64,000 bases of DNA from Alphaproteobacteria bacterium (GTDB lineage Bacteria; Pseudomonadota; Alphaproteobacteria; SP197), in the NCBI GenBank assembly GCA_965228895.1, contig OZ245842.1, positions 2,528,001-2,592,000 of the forward strand. Direction: 5' to 3'. Below the pieces are notes generated by a model, which worked only from the letters and a program-made list of their open reading frames with translations, searched no databases and was not told the DNA's origin. Made by a program: the position numbers and the translations under genes. Positions 1-8,361 of the stretch are shown here, one piece after another; position 1 is the stretch's first letter, and every line of letters begins with the position of its first letter.

Positions 1-1683
1 CTTGGCACTCATGGCCTCATAGGCTTCGGCGACCGCCTGCTTGTCGCCCAAACCGACCACGACGCCGCCGACATCGGATTTGTGGGCGATGTCCGCGCGC
101 GCTGTTTTCATGACGACGGGGTAACCGAGGCCGTCGGCCGCTGCGCATGCATCGTCCGATGTTGCGGCATCGCGCATCGCCGGGATCGGCGCACCCCACG
201 CGGCGATCATTTGAAGCGCGTCTTCGCTGGTGACCGAACCTTCGGCCAGCCTGCCGCGCCACATGGCAACAACGTCATCGCCGGGGCCCGGCGGCCGCTT
301 GGTCTCCGCGCGGTTGCGATGCCAATGGAAGAAGTGCCACAAGGCCAACAGGCCGGTTTCGGTGCCCATTAGCACGGGCACATCGAGCGCGCGCAGCCGC
401 GCGGCTTCGCCGCGGTCGATGGTGCTGTGCAGATTACCGAGCAATGCACACGGCTTATCGCTGGACTTGTGGAGCGCCGCGATGGCGTTGGTGGAGTCAT
501 ACAGAATACGGCGATCCGGCACCATGTTGGTGGCGATCACCACGGCGCCGACACCGGGGTCGTCGGCCAGGATCGGCGCGATCTGGGGCAGCACCTCGAA
601 ACCGCGCTCCCCCCAATAGTCGACGGGGTTCTCGGGCTCCAGACCGGGGTCCAGCACCTCTTCCAGACGCGCGCGCGTCGGCGCCTCGAGTTCGGTCAGC
701 TCGACACCGATATCGGCGGCCAGGTCGACGATGAGCTGACGCTCGCCGCCACTGTCGGTCTGGACGCCCAGTTGACCCGTTGTCGGCGCGCGCCCGCAGG
801 TCATGATCTCGAGCGTGTCGAGCATCTCGTCGAGGTTGCGCACCCGGATCAGATTGTGGCGGCGGAAGACGGCGTCATAGGCCGCATCCGACCCCGAGAG
901 CGCGCCACTATGGGAGAACGCGAACGCCTGCGACTTTTCCGTGCGCCCCAGTTTCAGGACGACGACCGGCAGCCCCTTCTGATCGGCACGTTCGACCGCC
1001 GCGATAAAGTTCTCGGGATCCCTTACCGCTTCCATGACGCAGGCAATCGCCTTGACGTCCGGCTCGTCGCACAGATGGTGGATGTAATCGGCCATGGTCG
1101 TCGCGACCTCGTTGCCGACCGAGACGCCGAACGCAAAACCGGCCTGCCGCTGGCTCGCCCCGACGCCCGACCATGTCGATCCGCTGTGCGACAGCAGGGC
1201 CACCGAACCCGGCTCGTCGTTGCCCGCCAGATGGGTCATGGAAAGCCAGACATCGTCGATGGCGTTGAAGAGGCCCATGCAGTTGGCGCCGCAGACGGCC
1301 ATACCGGACTCTCGCGCGATGGCCGCAATGCGTTCCTTCAGCGGCGGATCGCCAGGCGGCTCCTCGTGCAGACGACCGAGCAGCACGGCCGCCTTGACGC
1401 CGGCTTCGGCAGCCTCGGTCATTGCCGCCTCGATCCGGTTGTCGCCGACGGCCATGACGGCGCAGTCGGCAGGCTGCGGCAGATCATCGAACCGCGGCAC
1501 GCAGGGATGGCCGACAGCGGTCTCGTTTGTGGGGTGGATGCCGAAGAGCTGGCCGATAAACCGCGGACCCGCGCAATGGCTCATCACGTTCCGGCCGACA
1601 GAGCCTTCGCGCGTCGAAGCGCCCACCACGGCAATCGTGCGTGGGCGAAGCAAGGCGTTCATCGCCTCTTGTGATACGGTCAT
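1..1683 (-). CDS. Acetate--CoA ligase (ADP-forming) family / CoA-binding protein, 3' end runs off the window
   Basis: Not in the ORF track because it is truncated. Manual translation from ATG at 1683 gives MTVSQEAMNALLRPRTIAVVGAS..., CGANCMG, VSVGNE, LKLGRTE...SHSGAL, which are the family motifs. Confidence 0.85.
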   Translation of the reverse strand, partial: MTVSQEAMNALLRPRTIAVVGASTREGSVGRNVMSHCAGPRFIGQLFGIHPTNETAVGHPCVPRFDDLPQPADCAVMAVGDNRIEAAMTEAAEAGVKAAVLLGRLHEEPPGDPPLKERIAAIARESGMAVCGANCMGLFNAIDDVWLSMTHLAGNDEPGSVALLSHSGSTWSGVGASQRQAGFAFGVSVGNEVATTMADYIHHLCDEPDVKAIACVMEAVRDPENFIAAVERADQKGLPVVVLKLGRTEKSQAFAFSHSGALSGSDAAYDAVFRRHNLIRVRNLDEMLDTLEIMTCGRAPTTGQLGVQTDSGGERQLIVDLAADIGVELTELEAPTRARLEEVLDPGLEPENPVDYWGERGFEVLPQIAPILADDPGVGAVVIATNMVPDRRILYDSTNAIAALHKSSDKPCALLGNLHSTIDRGEAARLRALDVPVLMGTETGLLALWHFFHWHRNRAETKRPPGPGDDVVAMWRGRLAEGSVTSEDALQMIAAWGAPIPAMRDAATSDDACAAADGLGYPVVMKTARADIAHKSDVGGVVVGLGDKQAVAEAYEAMSAK

Positions 1684-1761
1684 GGAACTGGGCACCAGGG
1701 AGTGGGTGGCGCATCGAAGCCCAGGCGCCAGCCGACGTCAAGCAGGGGAATGGTTTCCGGG

Positions 1762-2475
1762 ATGTCCGGCACGCTTTTTTTGATCGGCACGCCGATCGGC
1801 AACTTGGATGACATCAGCCAGCGCGTGCTGACGACGCTGGGCGATCTCGATGCGTTGGCGTGTGAGGACACACGGCGCACCCGGAAGATCTATGAGCACT
1901 TCCAGCTCTCGAGCCCCAAGACCATCTTCGCCTGCCACGACCACAACGAAGACCAGGCGGTCAAACGGATCGCCGGCTTGTTGCGCGATGGCCGCAAGGT
2001 CGGGCTTGTGACCGACGCCGGTATGCCGGGCATCAGCGATCCCGGCTTTCGCGCCGTGCAGTCGGCCCTGGAGGACGAACACGACATTCAGGTGATACCG
2101 GGCCCAAGTGCGGTGGAGACCGCGCTCGCTGTCTCCGGCCTTTCTGCCGCCAGTTTCACGTTCAAGGGATTCGCGCCGAAGAAGTCCGGCAAGCGGCAGA
2201 ACTTCCTGGCCGCCGATGCGGCGATGCCGCACACGCTTGTTCTTTTTGAGTCGCCGCATCGAACCGGCGGCATGCTGGCCGACGCCCTCGCCGTGCTGGG
2301 CGATCGCCGGGCCGCCGTCTGCATCGAGCTCACCAAGATGTTCGAGGAGGTCGCACGCGGTTGGCTGTCGGAACTCGCCGAGCGGTTTGCCGAGGAGACG
2401 CCGCGCGGCGAGGTCACCGTGGTGATCGCGGGCAACAATCCGAAGTTCATGCGTCCCGAATCTCAGACGGCATGA
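1762..2475 (+). CDS. rsmI: 16S rRNA (cytidine1402-2'-O)-methyltransferase, short form (~237 aa)
   Basis: Motifs GTPIGNLDDIS, ACEDTRRT, DAGMPGISDPG, IPGPSA, FESPHR, ELTKMFEE, RGE. An alternative ATG lies at 1750. Confidence 0.93.
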   Translation: MSGTLFLIGTPIGNLDDISQRVLTTLGDLDALACEDTRRTRKIYEHFQLSSPKTIFACHDHNEDQAVKRIAGLLRDGRKVGLVTDAGMPGISDPGFRAVQSALEDEHDIQVIPGPSAVETALAVSGLSAASFTFKGFAPKKSGKRQNFLAADAAMPHTLVLFESPHRTGGMLADALAVLGDRRAAVCIELTKMFEEVARGWLSELAERFAEETPRGEVTVVIAGNNPKFMRPESQTA

Positions 2476-3554
2476 AGACGCTGCAGACGCGACGCGGTGA
2501 CCTCAAGCTGCCGGCGTTTTTGCCGGATGGCACGCGCGCGGTGGTGCGCGGCCTGGACGGTGATGATCTCACCGCCTGCGGGATCGACGCGATCATGGTG
2601 AACGCGCTGCACCTCTCCACCAACCCGGGCACGTCAACGGTGGCGGCGGTCGGTGGCATTCACCGGTTCATGGGCTGGGACGGCATCGTCGCTTCGGACT
2701 CCGGCGGCTTCCAGGCCTGGTCGCTGGCCCATGCCAACGCGAAGCTGGGCAGCGTGACCGACAAGGGGTTTGTCTATCGCCACGAAAAGAAGGGGCCTAA
2801 GAACCTGCTGACGCCGGAGAAGTGCATCCGCCATCAGATCGAGCTCGGCACCGATATCGTCTTCTGCCTCGACCAGTGCACCCATCCCGACGACAGTCCG
2901 GACGTGCAGGCCACCAGCGTCGCGCGCACGCTCGCCTGGGCCAAGCGGTGCCGTGACGAGTTCACGGCCCGGGTCGGCGAGCCGGGCGGTCCGGTCAACG
3001 ACCGCCCCCTGCTGTTCGCTGTCGTCCAGGGCGGCAACGACCCGGACCTGCGCAAGCGCTGTGCCGACCAGTTGGCCGAGATGGGTTTCGACGGTTTCGG
3101 TTTCGGCGGTTGGCCGATCGCCGACGATGGCGGTTTAACCGACATGGTCGCCCATGTCGCGGACCTGCTGCCGGCCGACGCGCCCAAACATGCGCTCGGA
3201 ATCGGCAAGCCGGATAATCTGGTAGCCGCATGGCGCGCAGGCTACCAGCTTTTCGACTGCGCCATCGCGACACGCGATGCTCGGCGGCGCCGCCTCTATG
3301 TGACATCAGATTTCGGCTCTATAGATTGGAATAGAAAAGATTTTTTCTCATTTCTTTATGTAGAAGATGAAGAACATGCGCGTGATGACAGCCCCCTCGA
3401 TTCCGCCATTGACCCGGGCGGTCCCTCGCGCGCCTATCTGCATCACCTCTTCAAGATCAAGGACAGCGCCGCCGAACGGCTGGCGACCAAACAGAACCTT
3501 CGCTTCTATGCGGCCATGATCGAACGTTTGCGCCAAACGGCGGCAGAACGGTGA
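2472..3554 (+). CDS. Divergent tRNA-guanine transglycosylase (TGT) family protein lacking the Zn-binding motif
   Basis: Motifs DSGGFQ, LDQCT, VQGG, GIGKP, FDC (nucleophile Asp), SRAYLHHL. ATG overlaps the rsmI stop (ATGA). Confidence 0.9.
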   Translation: MKTLQTRRGDLKLPAFLPDGTRAVVRGLDGDDLTACGIDAIMVNALHLSTNPGTSTVAAVGGIHRFMGWDGIVASDSGGFQAWSLAHANAKLGSVTDKGFVYRHEKKGPKNLLTPEKCIRHQIELGTDIVFCLDQCTHPDDSPDVQATSVARTLAWAKRCRDEFTARVGEPGGPVNDRPLLFAVVQGGNDPDLRKRCADQLAEMGFDGFGFGGWPIADDGGLTDMVAHVADLLPADAPKHALGIGKPDNLVAAWRAGYQLFDCAIATRDARRRRLYVTSDFGSIDWNRKDFFSFLYVEDEEHARDDSPLDSAIDPGGPSRAYLHHLFKIKDSAAERLATKQNLRFYAAMIERLRQTAAER

Positions 3555-4357
3555 CCACTGAGGCTCTCGAAACGGTCGTCACCGACCTCCGTACGAGCAC
3601 CAAGTATGCGACCCTGTGCGAGGCGACCCTTGAACGGATCGCCACATGGGCGCTTGACCGCCACCCTCGCCCGAAAGACGCGACCAAGGCCGCCAAACGC
3701 AAGCTGCATCAGGTGTTTGGCGCCTATCTCGATCCCGGCGCCATCGCCCTGGCCGAGCGCATCGTAGACGGCCTGGGGGACAGTCCGGAGGGTGCGGCCC
3801 TCGACGAGGCCGCCGACGCAATTCTGCGTCACCATGCGTCCAGCAAGGAGCGCCTTGCCAGCCTCGGCGATTTCTACCAGTCGCTCTGGCAGATCACCGG
3901 CGCACCGACCAGTGTTCTCGACATCGCCTGCGGCTTCTCGCCTTTTGCCCTGCCGATGATGGGCCTGCCAGCGGATTGCCGCTATGACGCCATCGATATC
4001 GACGCCCGCCTGATGGCCGTCGGTGAGCGGTTTCGCGCGCGTTGCGGCCAATCTGGCCGTGTCACGGCTGGCGATGTTCTGGTCAATCCGCCGGAGAACA
4101 GCACCGATGTCGCGTTGGTTCTGAAGACCCTGCCGTGCCTGGATCAACAGGAAACGGGCGCCGGTGCCCGCCTGTTGCGGCAGATCAAGGCCAGGGCCAT
4201 TGTCATCACCTATCCTGTGCGCTCGCTTGGTGGACGCGACAAGAACATGGCCGCGACCTATCGCGACAGCTTCGCCAAGGTGACGGCCGGCTTGGATCGG
4301 CGGGTTGATGAGGTCGAAGGCGGTGACGAGCTGGTCTTCGTCCTGACACAATTATGA
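3551..4357 (+). CDS. 16S rRNA (guanine1405-N7)-methyltransferase, Rmt/ArmA/Sgm (FmrO) family
   Basis: Motifs STKYATLC, KRKLHQVFGAY, HASSKERL, VLDIACG, DID, LKTLPCL, YPVRSLGGRDKNM..Y and ELVF are colinear with RmtB/Sgm motifs. GTG overlaps the TGT stop (GTGA). Confidence 0.9.
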   Translation: MTTEALETVVTDLRTSTKYATLCEATLERIATWALDRHPRPKDATKAAKRKLHQVFGAYLDPGAIALAERIVDGLGDSPEGAALDEAADAILRHHASSKERLASLGDFYQSLWQITGAPTSVLDIACGFSPFALPMMGLPADCRYDAIDIDARLMAVGERFRARCGQSGRVTAGDVLVNPPENSTDVALVLKTLPCLDQQETGAGARLLRQIKARAIVITYPVRSLGGRDKNMAATYRDSFAKVTAGLDRRVDEVEGGDELVFVLTQL

Positions 4358-4428
4358 TGACGAATTCCATGGAGAAATTGGCGGTTTCGCGCCATTGTTG
4401 GGACAACGATATAAACAAGAGGAGGCGC

Positions 4429-4980
4429 ATGATGCGCGCTTTGGCGTTTGCAGTGGTTCTTGCACCAACGCTTGCCTTTGCCGGCGTGTCCGGCCCGGCC
4501 ACCGTGGTCGATGGCGACACCTTAGGCCTGAACGGCGAGGAAATCTCGCTCTACGGCATTGACGCGTTGGAGATCACGCAGTCCTGCTCGGTCAACGATG
4601 AAGACTGGTTCTGCGGCTGGGATGCGGCCGACCGCCTGGAAGAAATCATCGGTGGGCGCGACGTTTCTTGCGAGCCGATGGGCACGGGTGCCGAAGGCGA
4701 AGCGCTCTATCGCTGCATGGCCGGTGAAGACGACCTGGCCGGCTTGATGCTGGACGAAGGCCTCGCGGTGACGGCCGCCGACACGGACGACGCCTATGTC
4801 GTGCGCGAAACCGCGGCTTCTGAAGCCGGTACCGGCATCTGGGCCGGCACCTTCATTGAACCGCAGACCTATCGCGACGGCGGTGGATGCGGTTGCTCGG
4901 CGCGCAAGAAGGCCATGCAGGATACCGCGGCCTACATGAAAGAGCAGCGCGAAGCCGAGGAAACCGAAGTCTCTAACTGA
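4429..4980 (+). CDS. Secreted thermonuclease (SNase)-fold protein, probably catalytically inactive
   Basis: Signal peptide, VVDGDT, GIDALE, C..CG, GIWAG. AGGAGG RBS lies upstream of ATG 4429. Confidence 0.75.
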   Translation: MMRALAFAVVLAPTLAFAGVSGPATVVDGDTLGLNGEEISLYGIDALEITQSCSVNDEDWFCGWDAADRLEEIIGGRDVSCEPMGTGAEGEALYRCMAGEDDLAGLMLDEGLAVTAADTDDAYVVRETAASEAGTGIWAGTFIEPQTYRDGGGCGCSARKKAMQDTAAYMKEQREAEETEVSN

Positions 4981-4989
4981 CGTCTCGTA

Positions 4990-6195
4990 TCAGACCCGTT
5001 CCAGCAGGGCGGCGATGCCCTGGCCGACGCCGATGCACATGGTAACGGCGGCGTAGCGCTCGTCGCGCCGGCGCATCTCGTAGGTGGCCGTCGCGGCAAG
5101 GCGGATGCCGCTGGCGCCGAGCGGGTGGCCAAAGGCGATGGCACCGCCATTGGGATTGACGTGCTCGGCATCGTCGGCCAGGCCGAGGTCACGGGTCACC
5201 GCAAGAACCTGGGCAGCAAACGCCTCGTTGACTTCGATGACGCCGATATCGCTGAGCGTCACGCCCAGGCGACCCAACAGTTTGCGTGTTGCCGGCGCCG
5301 GACCGATGCCCATGATGCGTGGCGGCACACCGGCGGTCGCCGCGCCGGCAATACGGGCAAGCGGTTCCAGACCATGGGCCGCCATGGCGGCCTCCGACGC
5401 AATCAGCATGGCGCCCGCGCCATCGTTCACCCCTGACGCATTGCCGGCGGTCACCGTGCCGCCGTCGCGAAACGGCGCCGGCAAACGCGCGAGTTTGTCG
5501 AGATCCGCATCAGCGCGTGGATGCTCGTCCGTATCGACAACCACGGGCTCGCGCTTGCGCTGTGGCACGTCGACCGGCACCAGTTCGTCGTTCAGCAGAT
5601 TCCCTGCCATTGCCTTGGCCGCGCGTTGTTGGCTGCGCCAGGCATAGGCGTCCTGGTCCTCGCGGCTGATCTGACGTTCTTCCGCCAGGTTCTCGGCGGT
5701 CTCCGGCATGGCATCGACGCCGAATTGTTTCTTCATCACCGGGTTGACGAAACGCCAGCCGATCGTCGTGTCGTAGATCTCGGCCTTGCGCGAAAACGCC
5801 TGGTCCGCCTTCGGCATGACGAAGGGTGCACGCGACATGCTCTCGACACCGCCGGCAATGACAAGGTCGGCCTCGCCGGTTCGGATCAAACGGGCGGCCT
5901 GGGCCATTGCCTCAAGGCCGGAACCGCAAAGTCGGTTCACCGTGACGCCGGAGACGGTCTCCGGCAAGCCGGCAAGCAGGGATGCCATGCGCGCGACATT
6001 GCGGTTGTCTTCGCCGGCTTGATTGACATTGCCGTAAATCACATCGTCGACCGCCGACCAGTCGACCTTGGGGTGGCGCGCCATCAACGCCTTCAGCGGC
6101 ACCACGGCCAGGTCGTCGGTGCGCACCGACGACAACGCGCCGCCGAAACGACCGAACGGCGTACGGATGGCATCACAAATAAAGGCCTCTGGCAT
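4990..6195 (-). CDS. pcaF: 3-oxoadipyl-CoA thiolase (PcaF/PaaJ)
   Basis: Motifs RTPFGRFGG, NQAGEDNRNVARM, NRLCGSG, NEAFA, GHPLGASG, CIGVGQG. Confidence 0.9.
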   Translation of the reverse strand: MPEAFICDAIRTPFGRFGGALSSVRTDDLAVVPLKALMARHPKVDWSAVDDVIYGNVNQAGEDNRNVARMASLLAGLPETVSGVTVNRLCGSGLEAMAQAARLIRTGEADLVIAGGVESMSRAPFVMPKADQAFSRKAEIYDTTIGWRFVNPVMKKQFGVDAMPETAENLAEERQISREDQDAYAWRSQQRAAKAMAGNLLNDELVPVDVPQRKREPVVVDTDEHPRADADLDKLARLPAPFRDGGTVTAGNASGVNDGAGAMLIASEAAMAAHGLEPLARIAGAATAGVPPRIMGIGPAPATRKLLGRLGVTLSDIGVIEVNEAFAAQVLAVTRDLGLADDAEHVNPNGGAIAFGHPLGASGIRLAATATYEMRRRDERYAAVTMCIGVGQGIAALLERV

Positions 6196-6272
6196 CGATA
6201 TTCTCCGCCACTATGTCATGTCGCAGATCGGCGTTATGGGATATGGGTCGCCAAAGCACAAGCCGGGAGGGC

Positions 6273-7031
6273 ATGACGTTGCAGGACAGGACGGTGTTCG
6301 TAACAGGTGGTGCGCAGGGTATCGGCAGGGCGATTACCCTGGGCTGCCTGTCGCAGGGCGCGCGGGTTGCCGTGCTTGATGTCGATGAAGAGGCGCTCAA
6401 GGCGCTTGGCGAAGAAGCCGATGGTGGCGACCGTTTGCTCGGCATGACCGGCGCCAACCATGACGAAACGCGCGTGACCGAAGCGATCGACGAGGCCGTC
6501 AAGCGGTTCGGCCGGCTGGATGGCCTGGTCAACAACGCGGCGATCAGCCGCAACCGGCCGGTCACCGAACTCAGCCTCGACGATTGGCAGGATGTCATCG
6601 CGACCAACCTGACCGGCACGTTCCTGTGCGCCAAACATGCCGCCCCTCACCTGCGCCTTGCGAATGGCGCCATGGTCAACATCGCCTCGACGCGCGCGTT
6701 CATGTCGGAGGCCGATACGGAAGCCTATTCGGCATCGAAAGGCGGTGTCTTCGGGCTGACCCATGCACTCGCCGCGAGCCTGGCACCGGATGTGCGGGTC
6801 AATTGCATCAGCCCCGGCTGGATCGCGACCCAAGCCTGGCAGAAACCGACGAAGCGCAGCGAACCGGATCTGGCGCGCGAAGACCATGACCAGCACTGGA
6901 GTGGCCGTGTCGGCAACCCCCAGGACATCGCCGGGATGGCGCTCTATCTGTTGTCAGACGCTGCCGGTTTCATCACCGGCGCCAACATCATGATTGACGG
7001 CGGCATGACGCGGAAAATGATCTACGTGTAG
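6273..7031 (+). CDS. Short-chain dehydrogenase/reductase
   Basis: Motifs TGGAQGIG, NNAA, YSASKGG, ISPGWI. Confidence 0.9.
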   Translation: MTLQDRTVFVTGGAQGIGRAITLGCLSQGARVAVLDVDEEALKALGEEADGGDRLLGMTGANHDETRVTEAIDEAVKRFGRLDGLVNNAAISRNRPVTELSLDDWQDVIATNLTGTFLCAKHAAPHLRLANGAMVNIASTRAFMSEADTEAYSASKGGVFGLTHALAASLAPDVRVNCISPGWIATQAWQKPTKRSEPDLAREDHDQHWSGRVGNPQDIAGMALYLLSDAAGFITGANIMIDGGMTRKMIYV

Positions 7032-7117
7032 GTCCGTTCCAGGCGGCGCAAGAATCGGGTCGCCGGTAACGCTGTTGGGGTTTTAGTCATGGCGCTTCTG
7101 TCACGAGGAGCCAAGCC

Positions 7118-7585
7118 ATGGCGATACAGTTCGAAGCGTTGTCGTCCGAAGATGTCGACGCACTGCGAGAAGGCGGACCCGATGCCTATGGGTCCACACC
7201 GCGCTATCGCGTTTCGGATGGCAACGGCGTGCCGTGCCGCCATTGCCTAAAGAACATCGCCAAGGATAGACCTTATCTACTCTTGGCGTTTCGGCCATTC
7301 ACGACACTGCAACCCTATGCAGAGACCGGGCCGATCTTTCTTCACGCCGACGCTTGCGAACGCGCGACAAGTACAGACGCGGTACCATCAATCCTCACCG
7401 CACCCGACTACATCGTGCGCGGTTACGATGTCGACGAGGTCATCGTCTATGGTACCGGCGCCGTTGTCCCGACAAACGAGATCGCAACGTACGCGGAAAA
7501 GATTCTCAGTGATCGCCACGTCGCCTTCGCGCATGTTCGTTCCGCACGCAACAACTGTTTCCAGTGTCGGATCGATCGCGGATGA
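7118..7585 (+). CDS. DUF1203 family protein
   Basis: Motifs PCRHCL, PYAETGPIFLH, RGY, HVRSARNNCF. Confidence 0.8.
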   Translation: MAIQFEALSSEDVDALREGGPDAYGSTPRYRVSDGNGVPCRHCLKNIAKDRPYLLLAFRPFTTLQPYAETGPIFLHADACERATSTDAVPSILTAPDYIVRGYDVDEVIVYGTGAVVPTNEIATYAEKILSDRHVAFAHVRSARNNCFQCRIDRG

Positions 7586-7602
7586 AGGCCGCTGGTGGTG
7601 GA

Positions 7603-8361
7603 CTACCTGATGTGGGACGCGCCGTTGATGTCGACGGTCGTGCCGGTCGCATGAGGCGCCAGGCCGCTGGCGAGAAACGCGATGGTGTTGCCGACATCCT
7701 CAGCCGGCGCGATCGCGCCCAGCGGCACGTCCTTGATCATATCGTCCATGCCGTCTTGGGCGATGATGTCATCGACCATGTCGGTCGCGACAAATCCCGG
7801 CGCCACCGTATAGGCAAGAACACCCCAGTGCGCACATTTGCGCGCGATCGAGCGGGTAAGCGAGACGAGGCCACCTTTGGACGCCGCGTAGTTCATGCGG
7901 TCGTAGTCGTCGCCGCGGAAGGCGGCGCGGCTCGCCACGTTGACGATACTGCCGCCGCCACGCGCCCGAAAATGATCGACGGCATGGCGACATAACTGCG
8001 CCGCCGCCGTCAGGTTGACGCGCAGCGTGCGGTCCCATGACGCCAGGAAAGCATCGAGGTCGCCGTCCGGATCGGCGGGTTCGTAAATGCCGGCGTTGTT
8101 GACGAGCACATCGACCTGCCCCTGCCAGGCAAGCGCTTCGGACCAGATGGCCTCGGTCGCGGAAGGATCCGCCAGATCGCCCTGAACCAAACACGTCGAC
8201 GCTTCGTCAAACTCCGCCGCAAGCGCCTCGGCGGCGTCCCGGTTCCGGGCGTAGTGAATGATGACGCGCGCGCCGGCACCCGCCATCGCACGCACGGCGG
8301 CCGCGCCGATACCGCGCGCGCCACCGGTCACCAGAACGACCTTGCCATCGAACGCGATCAT
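7603..8361 (-). CDS. Short-chain dehydrogenase/reductase
   Basis: Motifs TGGARGIG, NNAGI, YAASKGG. ATG overlaps the upstream gene stop. Confidence 0.9.
   Translation of the reverse strand: MIAFDGKVVLVTGGARGIGAAAVRAMAGAGARVIIHYARNRDAAEALAAEFDEASTCLVQGDLADPSATEAIWSEALAWQGQVDVLVNNAGIYEPADPDGDLDAFLASWDRTLRVNLTAAAQLCRHAVDHFRARGGGSIVNVASRAAFRGDDYDRMNYAASKGGLVSLTRSIARKCAHWGVLAYTVAPGFVATDMVDDIIAQDGMDDMIKDVPLGAIAPAEDVGNTIAFLASGLAPHATGTTVDINGASHIR

Noticed and set aside
427-1674. Long + strand ORF (415 aa) and similar long shadow ORFs (e.g. 11846-13369, 32484-34418, 39270-40316)
   Set aside because: They are antisense to clearly recognisable genes, which is a typical high-GC codon-bias artefact.
2472-3554. 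TGT paralog as DpdA (7-deazaguanine DNA modification)
   Set aside because: The sequence is colinear with tRNA-type bacterial TGT, there are no dpdB/C or que genes nearby, and the neighbours are rRNA methylases.
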